Source: Eledone cirrhosa
Lineage: Eukaryota
Assembly: GCA_964016885.1 (NCBI GenBank)
Contig: OZ024763.1
Span: 15,004,001-15,068,000 of the forward strand
Direction: 5' to 3'
DNA: 64,000 bases
Shown here: one piece after another, positions 38,721 through 50,485 of the stretch
Layout: each line of letters opens with the position of its first letter
How positions within the stretch are numbered: the first letter of the stretch is position 1
The notes under the pieces: model-generated
Databases searched by the model: none
Seen by the model: only the letters and a program-made list of their open reading frames with translations
What the model was told of the DNA's origin: nothing
Position numbers and translations under genes: made by a program

Positions 38721-39092
38721 TAATTGTTTCTACTTTAGGCACAGGGCCAGCAATTACCCAGTGCATTACTGGTACTTTATTTTATCGACCCCGTAAGGAT
38801 GAAAGGCAAAGTCAACCTCGGCGGAATTTGAACTCAGATCGTAAAGGGACGTAACTATGCTGGAAAGCATGGCGTCCGACCCTCTACCGATACTGCCAAT
38901 CCACCGCCCTAACATGGCGTCCGACCCTCTACCGATACTGCCAATCCACCGCCCTAACATGGCGTCCGACCCTCTACCGATACTGCCAATCCCCCGCCCT
39001 AACATGGCGTCCGACCCTCTACCGATACTGCCAATCCCCCGCCCTAACATGGCGTCCGACCCTCTACCGATACTGCCAATCCCCCGCCCTAA
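38721..39092 (-). mobile_element. Meta-domain SINE with five tandem 45-bp copies of its 5' head
   Basis: Unit catggcgtccgaccctctaccgatactgccaatcc.ccgccctaa; 19-bp TSD gtatagtacatagaataat. Confidence 0.85.
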
Positions 39093-39819
39093 TATGTAGT
39101 ATAGTACATAGAATAATGTACAAATGTCAGGAAAGTGATGGCTCCTCCAGCGCATCTCCCTTAACATCCTCTGGGGAAACCCCTTCTCCTTCTGTCCGCC
39201 GGGGCTGTGGAGCGGCCAGCACGTGGGACCCCATTTGCTCCCTATACAGAGATGGGGAGGGCGAGAGAGTTTGAGGCGATGACAGTGGGAGTTCAGCTCT
39301 TCCGGGTTCAGTCACATTGGTAAGCACTTGGAATTTGGTTTGTTTCTGGTTGTCCCTTGTCATTTCAAGCTTATATACACTCCAATCCACTACCCCTACT
39401 CTATCCTCCCACTCCCACCAACACCACCCTCTCTCTGTAAAGTTGGTACCACAACATCCAGTCCAAATAAATGAGATAATGAGATCGAGATCGTGTAGGT
39501 GTCACGAGAAAAAAACACACAGTCCACGCTGTAATGTGGCTGCGTAGGTAACACGGTAAAAGGTTCCCAGTTCCACACTGTAAATGTGGTTGGTGTTAGG
39601 AAGGGCATCCAGCCGTAGAAAACCTGCCAGATACAGTCCTATATGAGCGAGACACGGTCACCCGACCAACCTTGCCTCAAGTGGGACAACTCCCGTCTAA
39701 CCCATGCTAGCGTGGAAGATGGACGTTAAACAAAGATGATGATGATGATGTATGTATAATTAGACGCCCATCCTTCTATAAGTGTCTATTATACGTTTGC
39801 TTGTCCATTAACAGTGTAC

Positions 39820-40080
39820 GAGTCATGATATACACACAGATACATGCGTGCGTGTGTACAGAGGTGGAATATCAGGTGTAGTGTTGGCAAATTTCGGGAA
39901 GCATAGAAGTTTTGAAGGATGCAGTGTCCTGAAAGCTAACCACTGATGCAGGTAATTTGTTCCATGCTTCAGCAACTCTGAGTGTGAAAAAATGTTTCCA
40001 AAAGTCATGGGAACTCTGCTGTTTTCTGACTTTGTAGGCATGTCGTCGGGCATTACACACATGGAACTCAAAAAGGTGCT
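39820..40080 (-). mobile_element. CR1-like LINE 3' end
   Basis: HFFTLRVAEAWNKLPASVVS.....SFK motif typical of CR1 ORF2 C-termini. Related tails at 7437-7635, 38650-39135 and 61389-62120. Confidence 0.75.
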
Positions 40081-40964
40081 CAGGGTTGTTGTTGGAAAGA
40101 TGTTATTGGTATTAATACCATACTCAGTACTACATCTACTTTTCCATGCTGGCATTAGTTGGAGAGTAGTGAAAATGTTGAATATTTATTTAATCAAAAC
40201 AGAGAAATCCTGACCTGAACAGGTTTAAAGATAAGATTGAGACAAGCTGAATATATAAGATGAAAGAGCAATGCCTGTGACTAATGGTAAATTTATTAAC
40301 ACCGAGGGTGGTAGGGGTGGAAGATAATAAATCATGTCACATCTCTCTCTGATATATATACATACATATACATATATATATATATGTATATGTATATGTA
40401 TATATATAGAGATAGATAAATATATACGGGTGTGTATGATTGTGTATAGAAGATTATATTAATAAGAGGAATTCCAACTTTGTCTGATTTACTCATTTTA
40501 TTTACAATCCTTTAAAATTTATAATGGTATTATAATGAAATAGTATGATAGAATATTAAATGTTAAGTGTTAATTGAACAAGTACTTTCATGCTTTCGCA
40601 ATCTTCAGGTTCATAATGTGTGGTGACAGTCATGTTTGCAATTTTCAACATGTATATGTATATATATATATATATAAACACACGAGAAAATGAGATTGAG
40701 TTTGTGTAGGTGTCACAACAAAAAAAACACACACACACACACACAGTCCACACTGTAATGTGGTCGTGTAGGTAACACGGTAAAAAGTTCCCAGTTCCAC
40801 ACTGTAAATGTGGTTGGTGTTAGGAAGGGCATCCAGCCGTAGAAAACCTGCCAGATAGTCCTATATGAGCGAGACACGGTCACCCGACCAGCCTTGCCTC
40901 AAGTGGGACAACTCCCGTCTAACCCATGCTAGCGTGGAAAATGGACGTTAAACGATGATGATGA

Positions 40965-41013
<49 letters not shown>

Positions 41014-41114
41014 TATATATATATAGATATATACATATATATATAGTGAAAACTTGGATGGGGTGGGGGGAACAAAAATATACATATATATATATATGGT
41101 TGTATGTGTATATA

Positions 41115-42477
41115 TAGGGTATGGACGATATTTGTTCGCAATTTTCAACTGCTAATTTTATGCAAATTTTTTTTTACTTCCGTTGTCACTCTTGTCTTCA
41201 TAAAAACAGTGACTATATTTCCATTATTTATTTTCAGAATAATTGATTATGAATAATTTTGAACCTCCAAATTTGTGGAAGAGACACGGAGTTCTTCTTG
41301 GAATCCGCGCCGGGTGGACAAATAAGACCAGAAGATCAACTCCCAGAACAACAGGTGGCTCGCTGTCTCATCCAAAGACGTGCCCAGAGTCATGCAAAAA
41401 AAAAGAGGAAATTTCAGACGGAAAAGCATCAGCAGGAGAGTGGTGGAAAAGGTCAGAAAGGAATTGGAAGATTCAGGATTCGACTACGAAGCAACATCAG
41501 AGAGGAAAACACATGATCGACGATCTGACGCCTTCAGAACGCCCAAGTTCGTCGCTAAAGTTCAGGATATCATCAACAATGAACCTAGCAAGTCGATGCA
41601 TGCCATTGCAAGGGAGAAAGGCGTGGATGAAAAGCTCATTAGGCTGGTGGTGCATGAAAACATTCGCTACATTTCATACAAGATGAGGAAAGGACAATTT
41701 CTGTTAAAGGCAATGCAAGAAAAGCGACTGAAGCACACAAAGAAGCTGATCAACAAGTTGAAACACCCACTGGAGCCAAACATGCTGTGGTTTTTCTCCG
41801 ACGAGAAAAACTTCTGCCAAGACCAGAAGATCAACTCCCAGAACAACAGGTGGCTCGCTGTCTCATCCAAAGACGTGCCCAGAGTCATGCAGACAAAGTT
41901 TCCAGCGACAATGGTCTTAAGTGTCGTCAGCAGTCAAGGTAATGTCATGCCACCTCACTTCTTCCCTGAGGGCCTCAAGCTGAACACTGATGGCTACATC
42001 CGTGTTCTGAGCAAGGTAGTAAAGCCCTGGATCGACCAGGTAGCTGCAGGTAGGCTGTACGTGTGGCAGCAAGACTCAGCACCCTGCCATACCAGCCAAA
42101 AGACTTCGTCGACCACACTTCACCTGACATCTGGCCTCCCAGCTCGCCTGACTGCAACCCCCTCAACTTCTGTGTGTGGGGCACAGTGGAACGAGACACC
42201 AACAGATTTAGCTGCAATACGAAAGACGATCTGAAGGCCAGGATCACAAGTGTCTTTAGGGGCCTAAGTCGGGGTACAGTGACGAAGGCCTGTAGCTGGT
42301 TCCGAGGCCGCCTTGAGGCCGTCATCAAAGCCAATGGTGGGTTTATCGAGTGAGATCGAAAGAACAAGTCATGAAGACAAACTGACCCAAGTTTGATAAA
42401 TATATCTTAAAAAATAAAACTACTGTGTTATTTTTTCCTAGACAGTAATCTTGCCAACAAATATCGTCCGCACCCTG
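41115..42477 (+). mobile_element. Tc1/mariner (DD37D/maT-type) transposon, near full length, inactivated
   Basis: TIRs (T/C)AGGGT.(T/C)GGACGATATTTGTT, TA flanks. Transposase motifs FFSDEK, VWQQDSAPCH and WPPSSPDCNPL, with frameshifts. Confidence 0.93.
41249..42353 (+). pseudogene. Broken DD37D-type transposase
   Basis: Split over ORFs 41243, 41380 and 42063; insertion near the N-terminus and a deletion after CHTSQK. Confidence 0.85.
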
Positions 42478-42502
42478 TATATATATATATATATTACTAA
42501 AT

Positions 42503-44552
42503 AGATTACTAAATGAGGAGAATGCATGGGAAGAAGAGACCCTACCCCACGTAGACCCTATAGAGGGACCAGCAGTACAAGTCAGCGGCAGCGTAGTAAG
42601 TAAGGCAATCAGAGATATGAAGATAGGGAAGGCAACCGGTCCATCGGGTATAGCTGCCGAGATGCTGAAGGCATCTGGGTCTGTAGGTCACACTATAACC
42701 ACACGTATCGTTAACCAGGTAATACTAGAGGGGGCCATACCAAAAGATTGGTGCAGTAGCATCATTGTCAACTGCTACAAAGGTAAAGGCGATGCACTAG
42801 ATAGAGGAAACTATAGAGGTATAAAGTTGATGGACCAGGTCATGAAAGTAACAGAAAGAGTTATAGCACAGCTGATTAGGGACCGGGTGAATATAGACGA
42901 GATGCAATTTGGGTTTGTACCAGGGAAAGGCACCACTGATGCCCTCTTCCTTGTGAGGCAATTACAGGAAAAGTACCTAGCTAAAAGTAAGCCACTCTAC
43001 TTGGCATTTGTCGACCTTGAGAAAGCCTTTGACAGAGTTCCACGTGCAGTAATCTGGTGGGCTCTTAGAAAACTAGGAGTAGATGAATGGCTTGTGAAAG
43101 CGGTACAAGCCATGTATAGGGGAGCAGTCAGCAAAGTTAGGATTGGCAATGAGTATAGCGAGGAATTTAGCGTACAGGTTGGGGTCCACCAGGGCTCTGT
43201 TCTTAGCCCTCTCCTGTTCATCATAGTCCTGCAGGCAATAACGGAGGAGTTTAAGACCGGATGCCCATGGGAACTCCTGTATGCTGATGACCTCGCACTC
43301 ATAGCTGAATCTATGGTAGAACTAGAGAATAAGTTCCAAACCTGGAAGCAGGGACTAGAGAGAAAGGGCCTCAAAGTCAACATGACAAAGACTAAGGTCC
43401 TTATAAGTAGACGAGAAAACAGAACCCAGATCCCCTCAGGGAAATGGCCTTGCTCAGTATGTAGGAAAGGTGTAGGTAGGAACTCCATTCTCTGCCCCAA
43501 ATGCAAACAATGGGTACACAAAAGATGTAGCGGGATCTCAGGAAGCTTAATTAAGAATGTAGGATTCACATGCAGCAGCTGTGCTGAAACAGCAAGCAAA
43601 CAGCCACAGGAAACAAGTACCACCAATCTCTGGGAGGGCCCTGTAGAAACAGTAGACAGCTTCTGCTACCTAGGTGACCGAATTAGCAACGGAGGTGGGT
43701 GCTCAGAAAGTACAATAACTAGGGTAAGAACGGGATGGAAGAAGTTTAGGGAACTACTACCACTGCTAGCTGCAAAAGGCTTCTCCCTCAGAATGAAAGG
43801 CAGACTGTATGATGCGTGTATCCGAACAGCGATGTTGCATGGTAGTGAGACCTGGGCGCTGAAGGTGGAAGACTTACGTAGATTAGAGAGAAACGAAGCC
43901 TGCATGCTCCGATGGATGTGTAACAGTAATATACGTGAACGACAAAGCATAAAGGAATTGAGAGAGAGACTGAGCATAAGAGGAATCAAATGCTGCGTGC
44001 AGGAGAGGCGGTTACGCTGGTATGGACATGTGATGCGTATGAAGGATGACAGCTGCATAAAAAGGTGCAGAGCACTAGAAGTTGATGGAAACCGCGGAGT
44101 GGGGAGACCCAAGATGACTTGGGATGAGGTGATAAAAGCCTACCTTACCCAACTACACCTCTCAAAGTCAATGACACACGACCGTGACTTCTGGCGTCAC
44201 GCAGTAATACAGGGTACCCGACCTCCCATGGGTTCATGCTGAAGCATATAAACAATATCCCCCCCCCCCCCCCCCACCGCAAGGTGGTCGTGGAGGTGCC
44301 ACGGCAAAAAAGCACCCAGCCCACACTGTAAAGTGGACGTGTAGGCGCCACGAAAAAGCACCCAGCACTCACTGTAAATGAGGTTGGTGTTAGGAAGGGC
44401 ATCCAGCTGTAGAAATCAAGCCAGATCAGTTCCTGTATGAGCAAGGCATGGTCAGCCGACCAGACACTGCCCACAACAGGACAACCCGTCTAACCCATGC
44501 TAGCGTGGAAGAACGGACGTAAAACGGTGATGATGATGATGATGATGATGAT
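42503..44552 (+). mobile_element. RTE-clade LINE, 5'-truncated, with intact RT ORF and 3' UTR ending in (GAT)n
   Basis: Open frame from about 42505 to 44242 with KGKGD..D..NYRGI, QFGF, FVDLEKAFD, GVHQGSVLSP, YADD and RLRWYGHV motifs. 3' tail ends gatgatgat. Inserted in (TA)n. Confidence 0.95.
42617..44242 (+). CDS. RTE reverse transcriptase (N-terminally truncated, no APE domain) with Cys/His finger after the RT
   Basis: 541-aa ORF with RT motifs and a CSVC..CPKC..HKRC..CSSC finger. Confidence 0.85.
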   Translation: MKIGKATGPSGIAAEMLKASGSVGHTITTRIVNQVILEGAIPKDWCSSIIVNCYKGKGDALDRGNYRGIKLMDQVMKVTERVIAQLIRDRVNIDEMQFGFVPGKGTTDALFLVRQLQEKYLAKSKPLYLAFVDLEKAFDRVPRAVIWWALRKLGVDEWLVKAVQAMYRGAVSKVRIGNEYSEEFSVQVGVHQGSVLSPLLFIIVLQAITEEFKTGCPWELLYADDLALIAESMVELENKFQTWKQGLERKGLKVNMTKTKVLISRRENRTQIPSGKWPCSVCRKGVGRNSILCPKCKQWVHKRCSGISGSLIKNVGFTCSSCAETASKQPQETSTTNLWEGPVETVDSFCYLGDRISNGGGCSESTITRVRTGWKKFRELLPLLAAKGFSLRMKGRLYDACIRTAMLHGSETWALKVEDLRRLERNEACMLRWMCNSNIRERQSIKELRERLSIRGIKCCVQERRLRWYGHVMRMKDDSCIKRCRALEVDGNRGVGRPKMTWDEVIKAYLTQLHLSKSMTHDRDFWRHAVIQGTRPPMGSC

Positions 44553-44621
44553 ATATATATATATAAAGAATTAGTATATCTAGTAACATATATATACACA
44601 GATGCATACTTATGCTAGCAA

Positions 44622-45128
44622 ATATATAGTTTAATAAAGGAACAGAGAACAAAAAACAGAGAGGCCGTACAAATGATATGGTTTTTAGTTTCACGCTTGA
44701 GAGTGGGGGAGGGGGGACGATATATATATATATATATAACCAAAGATTAGTATGGTTCATTGATTACTCAATGAATACAATTTTACAATAGATTAGAAGC
44801 ACTCAATGGTAAAAGTTTTCCTGGAGTTTTTAATATTATTCAAAATATTAACAAATGAAAAATATTCTCATAATCAAAATATATACTTTATTATATATAT
44901 TTCAAAGGTACCATCATATATTTTGTCTGAGGAGGACATACCGAAAAAACAACACAGTACCTTTGAAATATATATAATAAAGTATATATTTTGATTATGA
45001 GAATATTTTTCATTTGTTAATATTTTGAATAATATTAAAAACTCCAGGAAAACTTTTACCATTGAGTGCTTCTAATCTATTGTAAAATTGTATTCATTGA
45101 GTAATCAATGAACCATACTAATCTTTGG

Positions 45129-45168
<40 letters not shown>

Positions 45169-45262
45169 TCCCCCACCCCCCAACCCCAAGCGTGAAACTA
45201 AAAACCATATCATTTGTACGGCCTCTGTTTTTTGTTCTCTGTTCCTTTATTAAACTATATAT
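44622..45262. repeat. Inverted repeat with arms of about 290-300 bp and a 45-bp spacer
   Basis: 44622-44911 versus 44957-45262; the same MVKVFLEF.. ORF appears on both strands. Confidence 0.92.
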
Positions 45263-45311
45263 CATCATCATCATCATCATTTAACGTCTATCTTCCACGC
45301 TAGTATGGGTT

Positions 45312-45354
<43 letters not shown>

Positions 45355-45829
45355 CCATATATATATGGTAGTCTGTGTATGTATATATAACACACACCAC
45401 ACACACACCTATAATATATGTGTTAGAAGGTAGTGATAGGTGCGTCCTTTGAGAAGAGCTGCAGTAGTTATTGTTGTAACAGCTACAACAACAACAATCA
45501 TTGATAATAGCAATAATTATGTGCTTTATAGTGTCTCTTTAATAATTCCTCATGAGGGCATACTAAATTATATTTTAATTGATAGATAGTAATAGCAAAC
45601 ATGGGGGGGTGGGGCAGAGTTGACTAACCTTTCCCTGGATACCAGCCAACAAGCATAGCAACAGAAATGTTAAGCTATGTAAATTAATAATCTACCTGGA
45701 GGTTAGTTGTTATTAATTACCTGGTTAGAATCAGTGACAAGGTGGGCTTGAGGTCAGGTCGGTTGGAAAACATTTACCATATATACTCGAATATAAGCTG
45801 ATCTGATCCGATAGGAATATAAGCCGGCC

Positions 45830-47133
45830 CCCCTATTTTATGTCTGAGAAATAGGCAAAACTCCAAACCCCCATTTATAAGCCAGGGCAGCTAATCAACA
45901 CATTATGCTTAGATGGTGGCAGTTCTGAAATTCACATGAGGGGAGAATATATTTAAGAAGTTTTAATATTTTGATATCTAAAATCTTAACCCGACCCCTA
46001 TTTTATGTCCGAGAAATAGGCAAAACTCCAAACCCCCATTTATAAGCCAGGGCAGCTAATCAACACATTATGCTTAAATGGTGGCAGTTCTGAAATTCAC
46101 ATGAGGGGAGAATATATTTAAATTTTAATATTTTGATATCTAAAATCTTAACCCGACCCCTATTTTATGTCTGAGAAATAGGCAAAACTCCAAACCCCCA
46201 TTTATAAGCCAGGGCAGCTAATCAACACATTATGCTTAGATGGTGGCAGTTCTGAAATTCACATGAGGGGAGAATATATTTAAGAAGTTTTAATATTTTG
46301 ATATCTAAAATCTTAACCCGACCCCTATTTTATGTCCGAGAAATAGGCAAAACTCCAAACCCCCATTTATAAGCCAGGGCAGCTAATCAACACATTATGC
46401 TTAGATGGTGGCAGTTCTGAAATTCACATGAGGGGAGAATATATTTAAGAAGTTTTAATATTTTGATATCTAAAATCTTAACCCGACCCCTATTTTATGT
46501 CTGAGAAATAGGCAAAACTCCAAACCCCCATTTATAAGCCAAGGCAGCTAATCAACACATTATGCTTAGATGGTGGCAGTTCTGAAATTCACATGAGGGG
46601 AGAATATATTTAAGAAGTTTTAATATTTTGATATCTAAAATCTTAACCCGACCCCTATTTTATGTCCGAGAAATAGGCAAAACTCCAAACCCCCATTTAT
46701 AAGCCAGGGCAGCTAATCAACACATTATGCTTAGATGGTGGCAGTTCTGAAATTCACATGAGGGGAGAATATATTTAAGAAGTTTTAATATTTTGATATC
46801 TAAAATCTTAACCCGACCCCTATTTTATGTCCGAGAAATAGGCAAAACTCCAAACCCCCATTTATAAGCCAGGGCAGCTAATCAACACATTATGCTTAGA
46901 TGGTGGCAGTTCTGAAATTCACACGAGGGGAGAATATATTTAAGAAGTTTTAATATTTTGATCTCTAAAATCTTAACCCGACCCCTATTTTATGTCTGAG
47001 AAATAGGCAAAACTCCAAACCCCCATTTATAAGCCAAGGCAGCAAATCAACACATTATGTTTAGATGGTGGCAGTTCTGAAATTCACATGAGTGGAGAAT
47101 ATATTTAAGAAGTTTTAATATTTTGATATCTAA
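45830..47133. repeat. 165-bp tandem repeat, about 8 copies
   Basis: cccctattttatgtc recurs at 45830, 45995, 46157, 46322, 46487, 46652, 46817 and 46982. Confidence 0.95.
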
Positions 47134-47272
47134 ACTGTTTTAGTGTAGTTTAGAGTATAGTTTTTGTTTCACAACTTCATTAATTAATGATTTTTTACCA
47201 ATTTCTGACAATTTTGAAGGCCATATTCATTCAAAACATAACAAAACAATAGGAATTATGAATTCCATGGCG

Positions 47273-47918
47273 AAAATGAAACTGGTGTAATATTCACCTC
47301 CAAAATGAAACTGGTGTAATATTCACCTCCAAAATGAAACAGGTGTAATATTCACCTCCAAAATGAAACTGGTGTAATTCACCTCCAAAGTGAAACAAGT
47401 GTAATATTCACCTCCAAAGTGAAACAGGTGTAATATTCACCTCCAAAGTGAAACAGGTGTAATATTCACCTCCAAAGTGAAACAGGTGTAATATTCACCT
47501 CCAAAGTGAAACTGGTGTAATATCCACCTCCAAAGTGAAACTGGTGTAATATCCACCTCCAAAGTGAAACTGGTGTAATATCCACCTCCAAAGTGAAACA
47601 GGTGTAATATTCACCTCCAAAATGAAACTGGTGTAATATTCACCTCCAAAGGGAAACTGGTGTAATATTCACCTCCAAAGTGAAACAGGTGTAATATTCA
47701 TTCACCTCCAAAGTGAAACAGGTGTAATATTCACCTCCAAAGTGAAACTGTTGTAATATTCACCTCCAAAGTGAAACTGGTGTAATATTCACCTCCAAAG
47801 TGAAACAGGTGTAATATTCACCTCCAAAGTGAAACTGGTGTAATATTCACCTCCAAAGTGAAACAGGTGTAATATTCACCTCCAAAGTGAAACTGGTGTA
47901 ATATTCACCTCCAAAGTG
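47273..47918. repeat. 29-bp minisatellite, about 22 copies
   Basis: Unit aaa.tgaaac.ggtgtaatattcacctcc. Confidence 0.95.
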
Positions 47919-48106
47919 AGAATATTTTAGCACCTCATTTACTTAGAATTTTCAAGTCGGTGAAAATCATCAAAATATTGACCTCGAATATAAAGCAACC
48001 ACCATTTTACCATCGATTTTATTTCTCGGCTTATATATGAGTATATACAGTAATTTAATTAATTGTACTTTAGTTAATAACTAACTGTGACATTATAGAA
48101 CACAGC

Positions 48107-48540
48107 CGAGGCACGTGGCTTGTGGTTAATAAAGGAGCTCAGCTTGTGATCATATGATTGTGAGGTCGATTCCTGAACTGGATGCTGTGTTGTGTTGTGT
48201 CCTTGAGCAAGACACTTTATTTCATGTTTCTCCACTCCACTCATCTGGCAAAAATGAGTTGGACTTGTAATTCAAAGGTGCAGCCATGTCACACACTGTG
48301 TCATGCTGAATCTCCCTGAGAACTATGTTAGGGGTTCACGTATCTGTGGAATGCTCAGCCACTTGCACTACAATACAAGATGGACTGTAGCTGTAATTCA
48401 AAGGTCCAGCCTGTGTCATGCTGAATCTCCCTGAGAACTATGATAGGGGTTCACGTATCTGTGGAATGCTCAGCCACTTACACAAGCAGGCTAGTCTGTT
48501 GTTTGTACAACTGGAACACTTGTCAGAACCAACGAAGGTA
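48107..48540 (+). mobile_element. Related CORE-type SINE with a different tail
   Basis: Degenerate A and B boxes plus CCTTGAGCAAGACACTT; a similar degenerate copy lies at about 14090-14280 (-). Confidence 0.65.
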
Positions 48541-48574
48541 TAGTGGTGGCTTAGTGGTTATGGTTTCTGATGGT

Positions 48575-49137
48575 AAGGTGATGGCTTGGTGGTTAGGGAG
48601 CTTGGTTGACAACGGTAACGTCAGTGGTTAGGGAGCTTGGTTGACAATGGTAAGGTGGTGGCTTAGTGGTTAGGGAGCTTGGTTGACAATGGTAAGGTGG
48701 TGGCTTGGTGGTTAGGGAGTCAGGTTGACAATGGTAAGGTGGTGGCTTAGTGGTTAGGGAGTCTGATTGACAATGGTAAGGTGGTGGCTTAGTGGTTAGG
48801 GAGTCTGGTTGACAATGGTAAGGTGGTGGCTTGGTGGTTAGGGAGTCAGGTTGACAATGGTAAGGTGGTGGCTTAGTGGTTAGGGAGTCTGGTTGACAAT
48901 GGTAAGGTGGTGGCTTAGTGGTTAGGGAGTCTGGTTGACAATGGTAAGGTGGTGGCTTAGTGGTTAGGGAGTCTGGTTGACAATGGTAAGGTGGTGGCTT
49001 AGTGGTTAGGGAGTCTGGTTGACAATGGTAACGTGGTGGCTTAGTGGTTAGGGAGTCTGGTTGACAATGGTAAGGTGGTGGCTTAGTGGTTAGGGAGTCT
49101 GGTTGACAATGGTAACGTGGTGGCTTAGTGGTTAGTA
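48575..49137. repeat. 42-bp minisatellite, about 13 copies, containing a Pol III A box
   Basis: Unit gtggtggcttagtggttagggagtctggttgacaatggtaag. Confidence 0.92.
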
Positions 49138-50303
49138 TGGCAGTGGTTTAGTGGTTAGAGTTTGGCTGAAAATGGTACAGTGGTGGTCTTAGTGGTTAGG
49201 GAAGATAGTGTGTCTAGTTGGGACTACCTTACACAGTCATACACACACTACCTCACATACAGTCACACACACTACCTTAGTCACACACATACGCACACAC
49301 ACACTCTCATACACACACTACCTTACGCACTCTCATACACACACACTACCTTACACACACACTCTCTCTCATACACACACACTACCTTACACACACACTC
49401 TCATACACACACTACCTTACACACACACTCTCTCATACATGCACACACTACCTTACACACACACACACACTACCTTACACACACACAACCTTACACACAC
49501 ACTCTCATACATGCACACTACCTTACACACACTCTCTCACACACACACACACACACACTACCTTACACACACACTTCCACATCTACCTTGCTCCACCAGG
49601 TACAAACACCTGGCAGATAATCAGTCATTTATACTAAACCTTTAAATATTACACTGGTACCACCACCACTACTACTACCACCTTACACTGGTACCACCAC
49701 TACTACTACCACCTTACACTGGTACCACCACCACTACTACCACCTTACACTGGTACCACCACCACCTCACACTGGGAACCCAACACCATCACAACCCGCC
49801 CACACTGAGCCTATCACCACCGCTACCACCCCACACTGTAACCACCACCACCACCGCTACCACCCCACACTGTAACCACCACCACCACCATCACTACCCC
49901 ACACCGTAACCACCACCACCACCATCACTACCCCACACTGTGACCACCACCACCGCCACTACCCCACACTGTGGACCCCACCCCCAATCATTAATTCTAT
50001 CACATAAAACCCTCACCTGTATTAACTCTTAACGTCCTGTAATGATTAAAATGTCAATTAACAATCACCTTACCTTATAGTTACTGTCAGTAAAAACTAT
50101 CTATGTTGACGATTTTAATACCAAACCACCTTGACTACCCCAGACCCCCACTGTTCCCAGTTGTATGATACAAAACTGTTTGTTTTAAAGTGTTTATATC
50201 TATCGAAAAACCTTCCATCATGATTTCAGGTAAGAACCTCTGTTAAGTTATGTTCCAAGAACCAACTTAATTCTTTTTATACTAAACCACATGAGATTAT
50301 TAC

Positions 50304-50485
50304 TTGGCAGTATCGGTAGAGGGTCGGACGCCATGCTTTCCAGCATAGTTACGTCCCGTTACGATCTGAGTTCAAATCCCACCGAGGTTGACTTTGCCTT
50401 TCATCCTTACGGGGTCGATAAAATAAAGTACCAGTAATGCACTGGGGAATTTGCTGGCCTTGTGCCTAAAGTAGAAACAATTATT
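50304..50485 (+). mobile_element. Meta-domain tRNA SINE
   Basis: Same family; an opposite-orientation copy lies at 50903-51091. Confidence 0.8.

Larger units (their letters stand above)
45777..48050. mobile_element. Tc2/pogo-like non-autonomous DNA transposon containing two satellite arrays
   Basis: TA-CCATATATACTCGAATATAAGC...GGCTTATATATGAGTATATACAG-TA imperfect TIRs, with subterminal GAATATAAG repeats. Confidence 0.7.

Noticed and set aside
42997-44112. Minus-strand ORFs of 209 and 148 aa
   Set aside because: Antisense shadows of the RTE RT frame.
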